Positions 50,871 to 61,270 of a stretch of DNA of 64,000 bases are shown here, piece by piece. The notes under the pieces are model-generated. The model had not been told where the DNA came from. It saw only the letters and a list, made by a program, of their open reading frames with translations, and did not search any database. Both the position numbers and the translations under genes were made by a program. Source of the stretch: Gekko japonicus (taxonomy: Eukaryota); NCBI RefSeq assembly GCF_001447785.1, contig NW_015168688.1, positions 319,413 to 383,412 on the forward strand. Direction: 5' to 3'. How positions within the stretch are numbered: the first letter of the stretch is position 1; every line of letters begins with the position of its first letter.

Positions 50871-52889
50871 CAGTTCAGTTCAGTTTATTGTAAATAGCCA
50901 TTGGCCCTTACAAGTTTACAAAACACTCAACAGAGAAGAATACAGATTGTATACAAAGTATAAATCAGCAAATAAACAAAAATACCATGTAGAACCATAA
51001 GTCAGTAAGCAAATACAACTACAAATTCAGTGCAATAACAATAGTAGCAAGAATAAGTACCTAAGTTACATCCCCTCTGCCACTTTCGACTTTATTTCCT
51101 TTGCAGCAGGGCAAATAATGAAACTCTATATGACACATACACATCAATATCAGATAGCAAAAATGAAATTTTCTCAGTGACGGGGTATAAACTTAAACCA
51201 GATAAAATTTCTGCCAAAAATTTGGCTTTGGGATTGGAATGTAACAGACAAAAAAAAAAAAAAAGAGGATGTAATGAAAGTCCTCAAGTGCATTGGATCC
51301 ATAAATATGAGTTAGGCCACCGGAATTTGATTAAAGCGACCCTCCAAAAGTGCCGGTGCTAGTGATTGAAAGCATAAGAAAGTAAACGTCACTCTAAGTA
51401 AATAGTTAGAGATGCTGCTGCTTTTGATTTTAATATTAAGGAATGGTTGATCCATGCATCAAAGACATAGATCCAGTTTCTAAGTTGGGAATTGATCTAC
51501 TGATGTTCCTAGAAGATCATCGGGGATGGAGTATCTTGAGAGTATGCTGTTGAGACACACAAGGTGCTGCGGATCTTTGAATAAACAACAAATGGAAAGA
51601 TTGTTGACTGAGCAAGTTAGATCTTAAGTTTTCAATTCTTTCCCAATATTTTATCATTGTTTAATGTGCCTGAGCCCTGAGAGAGGGCATACCAGCTTCA
51701 GCTCTCATCAAAGCAGCTGGAGACCCCTTGGTTAGCATGCACCTTAAGAACTGGTTCTTCTGAATTACTTCAAGACTGTCCAGGTTGTCGTCATTCCATC
51801 CCCACACTTTGACTCCATATAGGAGATGCGGTATAACCTTGTTCTTGTATAGTTTCAGAGCAGGATCTATAAGATGCCCACCCTTAGAATAATAAAAGCT
51901 CGAGATAAACAATTCTTAGTGCTGATGATTTAACCATTGCCATATAGGTGGTCCAATTTAGAGTCTCTCTAAATGTTACACTAAGGTATTTAAATAAACT
52001 ACATTGTTTAATTGGATTGTCCAAAATACTCCAAGGAGAAAGTTTTGCCCTTTTTCTAAAAACTATTACTTTGGTCTTTTTAAAGTTAATGGTGAGAACT
52101 TCTTTACAATATAGCCATAGTTGGTGCAACAGCCTTCCCAGACCAATTTTTGTGACAGAAATTAAGACTATGTCATCTGCGTATAACAGAATTGAAATTT
52201 TTGATGACCCAATGAGGAAGGAACAAAACGAGGACCTGACAGGCTCCCAACTATGTTATTAATATACAGATTAAATAGTAGGGGAGCCAACACACATCCC
52301 TGGTTCACGTCCTTCCAGACAGGAATTCTGTCAGTTAAAGAGCCAGAAGTTCCTACTTTGACTTGGGTGTGGGTATCTTTATGTAGGTCTCGAAGCAAGA
52401 ATAATAGTCTATTATTGATGTTAACGTCTGTCAGCTTTGACCACAATCAGGTCATATTAATAGAATCAAAAGCGGCGGCCAAGTCAACAAACGCTACATA
52501 GTCTTCAGAGGGCCATGTATACCTGAAAAAGCCAGTTGATAAAGTGTTTGGCAATGATCAATGGTCCTTAATCCTTTCCTAAATCTTGCTTGGACAGAGT
52601 GAATAATTTGCTTTTCAGATACCCAGCCTTCTAATCTAGACACCAGATATTTACTATATAGCTTAGCCACTATATCAGGCAAGCTTACTGGTCTGTAATT
52701 CTGTGGACCAGATTTAACCTCTTTTCTATGTATAGGGGCAATAATGCTTAATTTCCATCCGGAAGGAATGCGGCATTAATTTGTGAAAAAACTCCAGCCA
52801 ATACGGGGGCCATCAGTCTGGAAAAGCTTTATATACATTTGGGGGAATCAGATCTTCTCCAGAAGATTTACCAGGGGCTAAAGAGGCTA
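50871..52889 (-). mobile_element. 5'-truncated LINE (RTE-X-like), degenerate RT
   Basis: QGCVLAPLLFNLYIN, YADD, KTKVIVF, FKYLSV, PHLLYGVKVWG, LMRAEAG; AATAAA plus (CTGAA)n tail; 13-bp TSD TTGTTTAGCACAC (50858-50870/52890-52902). Clade is tentative. Confidence 0.85.
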
Positions 52890-53574
52890 TTGTTTAGCAC
52901 ACTGCACAACATTAAAACCTGAATACTACTACCCTTTCCCCCCATTTAACCCATGCAAGAATTTAAATTTCATGTGATAAACTCAGAATGGTTATAAACT
53001 TTACTGCCATCTTATGTTGCAATTATTATTCATCCACAACCAATTATTTTGTGCGGGGAACAGTCAGGGAGGATTTAATGGTCCTGGAACTGACAGAAGA
53101 AAGTCAGTTGCTTTTATAAGGGGCGCGGAAGGAGGGGAAATGGGATTGGTAACCTAAAGTGAGCTGTTTTAGATAAATTGAGAATTGCTAGATTTACACC
53201 TAAATCTGGTAATCCAGAGTTTCCATTGTCATGGTTTTCCCCAATATTTTGTAATTTGCCTTTAAACAACCATCTGCAAAAACACATGTATCTTGGATGG
53301 AAGCTTTGTATCTAAAACTGTGTATTGCTTTAACAAAGAAATGTATTAATCTGCCACATTACTATGGGGAAAGAACACTGTACAGTGCATAGAGGATGGC
53401 AACATATTTTTACATTCAAGATATTTTTCTCATGATAGAATGTAAATCGTAAAGTGGGTTGTATCCACCTTTCTGAATTAAAATCATTTAAAATAATAAC
53501 AATCTATCTTGCTGCCCTATAGTGAAGATACATAGCCTGTCACTGATTATGTTATGTGATATTTCTTGACATAC

Positions 53575-53635
53575 CTGTTGGATCAAAAAATGCATGTGGA
53601 TCATGTGGTTGTAGTTCAAGCCCATCTTCATCCAT
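53575..53635 (-). CDS. ZFX: ZFX coding exon 1 (start codon; exon spans 53575-53663 including 28 nt of UTR)
   Basis: MDEDGLELQPHDPHAFFDPT; ttttacag| acceptor and G|gtatgt donor. Confidence 0.96.
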
Positions 53636-54294
53636 GGTCTTTAACTTTCATCAGTCACAAAGTCTGTAAAATTAAAACAAAGACAGCTATCAACTAATTA
53701 TCAGCATTCTGTATCTAAGTGTAACCTCTATATTTAATTCAGCAGTTCATCAAGGTTCAAAATCTTTGAAAGAAAAAGGAGCATACTGTTGAGGAACAAC
53801 AACTCCTCGGGGCTTGCATTTTCCCCTCAGCTGCAAAGTAGTTTGTTTATTTATTTAAACATATATTCCCTGCTTTTCCACCTGGTTCAAGGCAGTTTAC
53901 AATAGTTAAAAACGTTTTCAGTTTAAAACTAACAAACCCCAAATCTCTCCCCCTCTGTCAACTAAAGATGTGAGGGGCAAGCAATGCATTCAAACCCCCT
54001 TCGTGCTTGTTACAGCCAGTAAGAAGAACAAAGCTGTGCAAAGGCAGGACACTTCTGTTCCAGCACTTCCCTCTTCAGGGGCTCACAAGCTTCCAGCTAC
54101 CTGTTAACAATAAAATGCTTTTTCATTTGTTTGTAATGTCAGTTCCATATAGCATTATACTCTACTGCAGGAACTCAAAAACATACATAGCTTTTCAGTT
54201 TGGTTTTTTAAACCACCTTGGGCTTAGGTACCAAAAGCCAGGGTACATTTCTCAAATACATTATAAAATTTACTCTTAGCTATGGTTAAGAAAA

Positions 54295-54645
54295 GGAGCT
54301 GCGGTGGCTCAAGTGGTTAAGACGCTGAACTGCAGGCTGTGGAAGGTAGGTAGTTCAGCAGTTCGAAACCCGAGTGTGCCGCATGACGGAGTGAGCTCCC
54401 ATCTCTAGTTCCAGCTCCTGTCAACCTAGCAGTTCGAAAGCAAGAAATTGCAAGTAGATAAATAGGTACCACTTCGGTGGGAAAGTAACAGCGTTCTGTG
54501 CGCCTTGGCGTCTAGTCATGCCGGCCACATGACCACGGAAACATCTTCGGACAGCGCTGGCTCTTCTGCTTTGAAACAGAGATGAGCACCGCAACCCTAG
54601 AGTCGGATTTGACTGGCTTTCGAGCAAGGGAACCTTTACCTTTAC
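54295..54645 (+). mobile_element. Sauria SINE (Squam1)
   Basis: Full length; TSD TATGGTTAAGAA. Confidence 0.93.
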
Positions 54646-54681
54646 TTATGGTTAAGAATATAAACATATGTAGTTTAAGGT

Positions 54682-55034
54682 GGAGCTGCGGTGGCTCAAG
54701 TGGATAAGATGCTGAACTGCAGGCTGTGGAAGGTCAGTAGTTCAGCAGTTCGAGACCCGGGTTGCCGCATGACAGAGTGAGCTCCCGTCTCTAGTTCCAG
54801 CTCCTGCCAACCTAGCAGCTCGAAAGCAAGAAATTGCAAGTAGATCAATAGGTACCACTTTGGTGGGAAGGTAACAGCGTTCCGTGCGCCTTGGTGTTTA
54901 GTCATGCCGGCCACATGACCACGGAAACGTCTTCGGACAGCGCTGGCTCTTCGGCTTTGAAACGGAGATGAGCACCGCAACCCTAGAGTCAGACTCGACT
55001 GGCTTTCGAGCAAGGGAACCTTTACCTTTACCTT
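54682..55034 (+). mobile_element. Sauria SINE (Squam1)
   Basis: Full length; TSD TAGTTTAAGGT (54671-54681/55035-55045). Confidence 0.93.
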
Positions 55035-57349
55035 TAGTTTAAGGTACCCAAGACTTTAGTAAACAGATATGTACTCAAGACAGAGAAAAGATTGTGAACA
55101 AAGGGGCCAAAGGTCATTGCCTAGGTCTCCTTTAGCTATCCCTTCTTACAGAGTTCTCTCATTTAATACCATATGCTTCAACCTTCTCACAGCATTACCA
55201 GGAGCAGGGGAGGGGGGACTGCCTGAGAAAAAAAGCCTTGTATTCTATCTTGCGGAAAAGAGTTCTTCATCCAAGGTTTACCCATCCTCTCTGTCTGAGT
55301 TGCTCTCCTAACCATTAGGGTTGGTCATTGAAAGTTCTGATCTATAAGTGAACTGACAGGAAGCAGCTGCCAACTCTGGTTCCACACTGCGTTTGTTGGG
55401 TGCAAGGAGGCCATGGCTGCTTGTGTAGAGCGTCCAACAAGGTGCTATTGGAGCTAACTACTGGAGGATCACTGAGAAGTATAGTGTGGAATTTTAAAAT
55501 AATGACCATAGAATATGCTTTTGTCCTTTTTAATTCTTTTCTCCTCTCCTTATCCCTTTGGGCTCTCACAACAAAGAATGATTCAGCCACCTTTTATCTC
55601 CCAGTGAAATATCTGTATCATCTGATTTGTGAAGAGAGAAGGGACTGAGTTGAGGAGTCCTCCCAATCTACCTTGGAGGCTTGGGGACCCAGTGGCTTAC
55701 TATCCATTCTCCACACTGCCTGCTGACCCTCTGCACTGTTCTTTTGTCACCAAAAAACTTTTGGCACCATTTGGGAGCCAGGTTCAGATCTGGAGCTCTA
55801 TCACCAGAGCAGTATGCACCACAAGAGTCAGTAGGGCCTACCTGCCTTAAGGCTTAAAAAATCATCTCCATCCTTTGACAGATCCTTTCTGTGGCTTCAA
55901 GAAGCTTTTACAACTAAGTTGTGAGCCGAACAGGTCAGGAAAGCAGGAAAAGAAGATGATGAAAAGACTGTTTTTTTGAGGCGTCTGCTTTGTTTTGAGG
56001 TGGACAAGTGGTAGCTGCAAGAATAATACAAAATTATGCAGCCAAAGAACCATAAGCATCAAAAGTAGAGCTTTCTGGTGCACTTGCTACAGAGGAAGGG
56101 CCACTGCTTAGGGGCAAACAGAAATTGTGATTGTCTCAAAATCATGCCCTCGTTTATGAACAAAGTGGTCAAACAGCAATTAAAGGCAAATGAAACTATA
56201 ACTTTTGGCTCCCCGTTTCCTCGGTGAATCTACCGTTGATATTTTTTCCTGTACCAAACTGAAGTTACATTTCATGCATCTGATAAAGTTCACCAGTCCA
56301 CGAAAGTCACATTAATCTGTGGAGTCTTTAAGATACCACTCTTTACAACTGTTTTGCTTTTCAACACACACGTAAGCAAGCTGTAAGTAGATTAAAGACT
56401 GTGAACAGTTAAAACCTTTAGATTTGTTCTGGTATTGCTATTGAGTTCAGAAATGCTAACACCTATTAACAAGATATTCAGGATACATTCCCAAGAATAG
56501 TTGTGCATTTCCCCTAACTTTTAAAGTAAGAATAAAAATAAGAAATGAAATATTTGCTGCCTTAGTATGCTGAAATATTTTGTTCCACAAAATCACTGGA
56601 TTGGACTCCAGGCCTGGGTGTGACCAGGATGGATGTGACATAGGGTTACCAGAAGACTATTGGAAAATATATTACAAAATAAGTTTTGAATGTTAGCACT
56701 CCTTTTTCATTGCCTCTTAAACTTGAAAAATAGTATCTATACAACCCCCCTCCTCCTCACCCGAATTGGCTGAATGCTGTAGCAGCTTTCTCATTGACAG
56801 AAGAGGAAGGAACAACTCTTTTTGGTCACCAAAAAAAGACTATGCCAAAGATCATGGGACTCATGTGAACAAAAGCCCAGTGGAACAGAGTTAGAACCTT
56901 GCTTGTGAGAACTGGATGAGACTGAGCAGAAAAGCTGACAGGACCCAGCCACTGGCTTTTCAGTTACTACTGCTTTATACAAGAACACTTAGTGTTTTCA
57001 GTATGGGGTTTCAAATATACTTACCCTGTTCATGACAATAAGAAATACAAAAGGAGACCGTGACAGTATCTAGCTGCATACCCCATGACACACTGACTGG
57101 TATCTGTGAATAAAGTTCCTAGGGGCTCCACTGTGGATTACCTGAAGAAAGTTATTTTTTCTTCACAATTGCGTGTGCCAAATCTGGGAAAACGAACTAA
57201 CCCTTTCCTAGAAGATTCTGAACTCAAGTTCTAGTGATGTGCAAGCTCTGTCCTGTAAAAAGGGCCAATGCCCTTTCCAGTAAGTGAGCCAATTACCCAA
57301 ATCTTTATCGAAATAACTGGCCCGGCCCACCCACCCCCATGTCACCGAC

Positions 57350-58640
57350 AGAAAACTCGTCACGAAGTACTATTTATGCTTCACCGTTAAGCGTCATCTT
57401 GACAAACTCTGGCACGTGAGGAATTCAACCTGGCACCGTGCGTGCGGACATCTGGGTTCGGTTGTGTGTATAGCTCCTGCCCTGCGGAGTCGAGCCATAA
57501 TTAACAGCTCGGGACCGGAAGGCATGATGAGAGTTAGGAAGGTCAGAAAACGTCTCTCAGCTGCTGTGCACGCCACAGCGTCACCAATGAAGAAAACACA
57601 GGGTGGACTGTCGTGTATCGAGCCCAGGAGGAGCCAAGCAGGACAACTGGGCACAGAACAGGAAAGGAGGGGAGGGGCGAGCCTCCCCTACTGGCGCCGT
57701 CACCGCCCTGCCCGCTATGGGGACCGTCTGGGGCCAGAAGCGATTAATTCAAGATGGCGGCCGGCAACCTCCCCCAGCCTCTCTTACCGCCGCCATCTTG
57801 TCTCCTCCTCCCAGACTTTTTCGTTCCGACTCAGGCCTAGCCCCGTCATTCCCTCCACCTGGCCCCGGCCTCTGTCCCCGTCCACCTCACATTAGCCCTG
57901 CACCTGGCCCCGTCCTCGAAGCTGAGCAACAAGTGCCCAGGCCTTCCAGCCGGGCCCTACGGCCCACTCCTGCAGGATGCAGCCCTGGCGCGGCCTAGCT
58001 GCGGCCTTCTCAGGGCCTGTATCGCGGCGGGCGCCGAGGCCTGGTTCTGCGTGGGGGTGAAGGCCTAGCTAGGGCCTGTCCCGCGCTGCTTACCGGACGG
58101 GGCGGCGACGGACTCTGGGCAGCCTCTCTTCACGTAGCTGGGCCGAGCTCGATGGTAGTGTCGCTGCGGCGGGCAGGCGGGAGCGGAGGGGAGGGAGGGG
58201 CCAAGCTCCGAGCTGAGTGGAAGCGGCCAAGCTCTCCGGGCCGGGCCGCCGTCAGTACGTCACGTCACTTGCCCGAGAGAGACCCAGGGAAATGCGGAAG
58301 GAAGATACCGGCGCTGCTGCTGCTGGAGCCGCCTGCTCCTCAGGCCACAAGCCCGCCGGGCGGAGAGCGAACCGGGCCGGGGACGGGAGATTGAAGAGGA
58401 AGGGCGGTGGGTCCCTGCCAGCCCCTCCCGCTGCCGCTGCCGCTCCTGCCGCCGCCTCCTCCGTTCCAGCTTGGCCGTAAAATTCTGCTTCGGGCTCAGA
58501 CTTGTTCAACTCGGCGCCGGTGAGCGGAGAGTTGTTTAGGCCTGGAAAATCCCCGGCATTTTGGGGTGGCTTCTCCACAGGCGCTTCTCGGGGCACCTCC
58601 CGCCTCCCAAATTTCTTTCCCCCCCCCCCAAACGCGGAAC
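57350..58640 (-). promoter_or_regulatory. ZFX: CpG-island promoter of ZFX
   Basis: High GC and CpG; tandem CRE-like ACGTCACGTCAC at 58257-58268, ETS-like GCGGAAG at ~58294, two YY1 motifs CAAGATGGCGGC (57750-57761 +, 57789-57800 -), GGCCT cluster. Confidence 0.9.
58094..58270 (-). other. ZFX: ZFX non-coding exon 1 (TSS approximate)
   Basis: Ends ...CCCCGTCCG|GTAAGC; resembles mammalian ZFX exon 1 as recalled. Confidence 0.75.
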
Positions 58641-59329
58641 TTAAATCTGTCCAGTTTTATTTAAAGTGAAAACTAGTGGCATTAAGACGGTTTAAATGCT
58701 TTTGAATATGAAAATGTTCAATAAACTATTGACTTTGAAAAGCATATTTTAATTAAAAGCTTACTTCTCTGGCCCGCAAACTGATGGATCAGCATCTTTC
58801 CCTGGTCCTGAGCAATCGTTTATTTTTATGAAAGACGACATAGCCGTGAAGACCGGTATAAACTTAAAATACGGGGCTTTATAAGAAGCTAGGCAAGTTT
58901 TTGAAAGGGGATTCTGGCCATGATACAACAAATTAGTACCTCGACCTTATGTAATTGTTAGTGGATCCTTCATGTTAAGAGGTAATACTGAGAGATTATT
59001 TTATAAAAAATAGTAAAGGCAAGCTAGCAAATATAATTCGTTGTGGATTTTAGATGTCACGTTGGCTTCTGTATTGCTGTGTTGGCTAGAAGACAAAGGG
59101 TGTATGGTTTATTTCCGGCTTGAAAGCTTAAGTTTCTTGTCAGACACCTCACTACTTTTGTGAGTGATATAATGACAAAATTTTAAAAGAAGGTGTGTTA
59201 GTTTGGAATATCACTGTTTTCAGTACATAAAACTAAGATGAGTTCTTGAAATACAGAGGCACTGGGAGCATGCGAAAGTTATGCGTGTCTTATGCTCCAT
59301 TGAGTCACTTCTGATTTATGTCAATTCTA

Positions 59330-59546
59330 ATGACCTGGATAGTCTATGCCAGCCTGATCTCGTTGGATCTCAGGGAGCTAAGCAGAGTTGGTCCTGGTTA
59401 GTATCTGGATGGGAAACTACCAAGAAAGTCTTGGGACCTAATGCAGAGGCAGGCAATGACAAACTATTTCTGAACATCCCTTGCGTTGAAAACCCTATAG
59501 GATTGCCCCAAATTGGCTGTGACTTCCCAGCACTTTCCACCACCAC
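59330..59546 (+). mobile_element. 5S rRNA-derived SINE
   Basis: GATCTCGTTGGATCTCAGGGAGCTAAGCAG...TGGTTAGTATCTGGATGGGAAAC (5S internal control region) followed by a non-5S body. Confidence 0.82.
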
Positions 59547-59583
59547 GAATTAAGGAGTTCCAGAATGTCTTATCATTAACAGC

Positions 59584-59655
59584 TTTGCACACGAAAGCTC
59601 ATACCTTTAATAAACCTTTGTTGGTCTTAAAGGTGCCACTGGATTCTAAATTTGT
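59584..59655 (+). mobile_element. 72-bp Penelope-like pseudo-LTR fragment
   Basis: CGAAAGCTCA...AATAAA...GGTCTTAAAGGTGCCACTGG; 11-bp TSD TCATTAACAGC (59573-59583/59656-59666). Confidence 0.7.
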
Positions 59656-60099
59656 TCATTAACAGCCTTGTTGAGGTCTTGTAAATCGAAGGCTGAGGCT
59701 TCCTTTATTATTAAGGCTACGGTGGGTCACATAAATGAGGAGTGGCTTAGTTTTCATTCACTTTTGTAAAAACTAGCTTTTGAAAGTAACAATGTCTAAG
59801 TACAAAGGTTTGGGCCTATTGCTTTGATTTGTTGATATATTGGGTACTTTCTCATGGGGTTTTCCATAACTTGATTAATTGGATCTATTTATTTCTGTGA
59901 ATATTCAGTCTGCATACTCTCCATCAAACATCTTTCATTGTTCCCATCAAAGTGATCTTTTAGTGCCCTACTGGGGCATTCCACATTTTTGTCAGCCCCT
60001 TTGCTGGTAGTTCTCTTGCAGCCTTATCTGTTATGTGAATTGAATCTCACTGGAGTTACTTAATAATCCCTTAACAGCCAGTTTTGTCTGTGTTGTATG

Positions 60100-60280
60100 T
60101 TTTTATACTGCCCTTTCTCCAAGGAATTCAAGGCAGCATATATGTTTCTCCCTTCCTCATTTTAACCTCACAGCAACCTGGTGACATAGGTAAGGCTGTG
60201 TGAGAGTGGCCCAAGGTCACCTGAGGAGTTTAACAAAGTGGGGATTTGAACACAGGTCTCCCAGATTCTAGTTTCTCACC
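60100..60280 (-). mobile_element. Old Squam3/MIR-like SINE
   Basis: GGCCCAAGGTCAC...GGGATTTGAAC core. Confidence 0.7.
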
Positions 60281-61109
60281 CCCTGGTTCTTAAGTTTTCT
60301 GGAGCTGTTACTTAACTATTTATATATAGCATTCTTCCTTCCTCTGGATTTCTTCAGAGCAGGGGGCTGGAAATGTACTATGCTGCAAACGGTCCATCTC
60401 ACAAGTTGGAGGCTAATTATAAAGCTGCTGCTAGCTAGCAGTAAGGGCTCCCTAGATGGGGAACATGCGCTTGAGAACAGGGTTACATAAAAATGTTTTT
60501 TGAAATTACAGCATTTCTTATTTCCTTATGAGCAGTTTTCCATAACTTTATTAAAATGGGTAGGATGTCAGGAGTTAGAATTGTCACAGGGATTAGATTC
60601 ATCCTAGTGGCCATCCCTGATTGAGAAACTATATCTTATAGAAGGGAAAAAACATGACTGTCTGTCCTAATTCTAGACAGGTTGAGTGTGGGCTTGATAC
60701 TAAGGTAGATACCAGAAATCACACAAGCTTGGTTCTGATAAGAAAAGCCTCAGGACAACCAGCAAAGCAGCACTCAACCTGTCAGTACAGGCCCCTAGGA
60801 GGCTGCCCCAGTTTCATTGGTAGGAACAAGTCACAAGCTTAGATAGCTCAGCTTCAAGGACAAAGTAAGCAGCAGCCTTATCAGGTGTGGAGGGAGCACA
60901 GACTAAGCCTGGGTTTGGGAGTCAGCCAGGTGAGTAGTTCAGAATGCCATGTGTGTTAAATACAGAGGTATACATACACCTACCTACCATCACTACCAAA
61001 GAACTACTGTTTTGGAGGGGGGAAAGGACATGGCATTGGCACCCGTCTTTATTCATGCTTACGAAAATGCTTAAAAATGGGGCTATTTTCCAAAACTTTA
61101 ATCACTAGG

Positions 61110-61270
61110 TAAGTAAAGAGACATCAAGTCGCAGCTGGCTATTGGTAACCCCATAGGGATTTCAAGGCAAGAGATGAACAGAGAATTCCTTGGAGGTCTC
61201 CCATCCAAAAACTAACAAGGGCTGACCTTGTTTAGGTTCAGAGAGTGTGTTAGCCTGAGCCATCCAGGTC
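61110..61270 (-). mobile_element. Degenerate 5S-derived SINE
   Basis: GGTCTCCCATCCAA..ACTAAC.AGGG and CATCCAGGTC end. Confidence 0.65.

Noticed and set aside
37105-53635. Calling the gene ZFY, ZNF711 or sex-linked
   Set aside because: MDEDGLEL start, exon sizes and the EIF2S3 neighbour fit the ZFX orthologue; sex linkage cannot be judged from one window
57416-58596. ORFs across the CpG island (159, 131, 114, 87 aa)
   Set aside because: Low-complexity GC-driven ORFs with no recognisable homology
59345-59420. 5S rRNA gene
   Set aside because: Only the internal control region matches, it is diverged, and it is followed by a SINE body; same for the 7964, 47940 and 61190 copies
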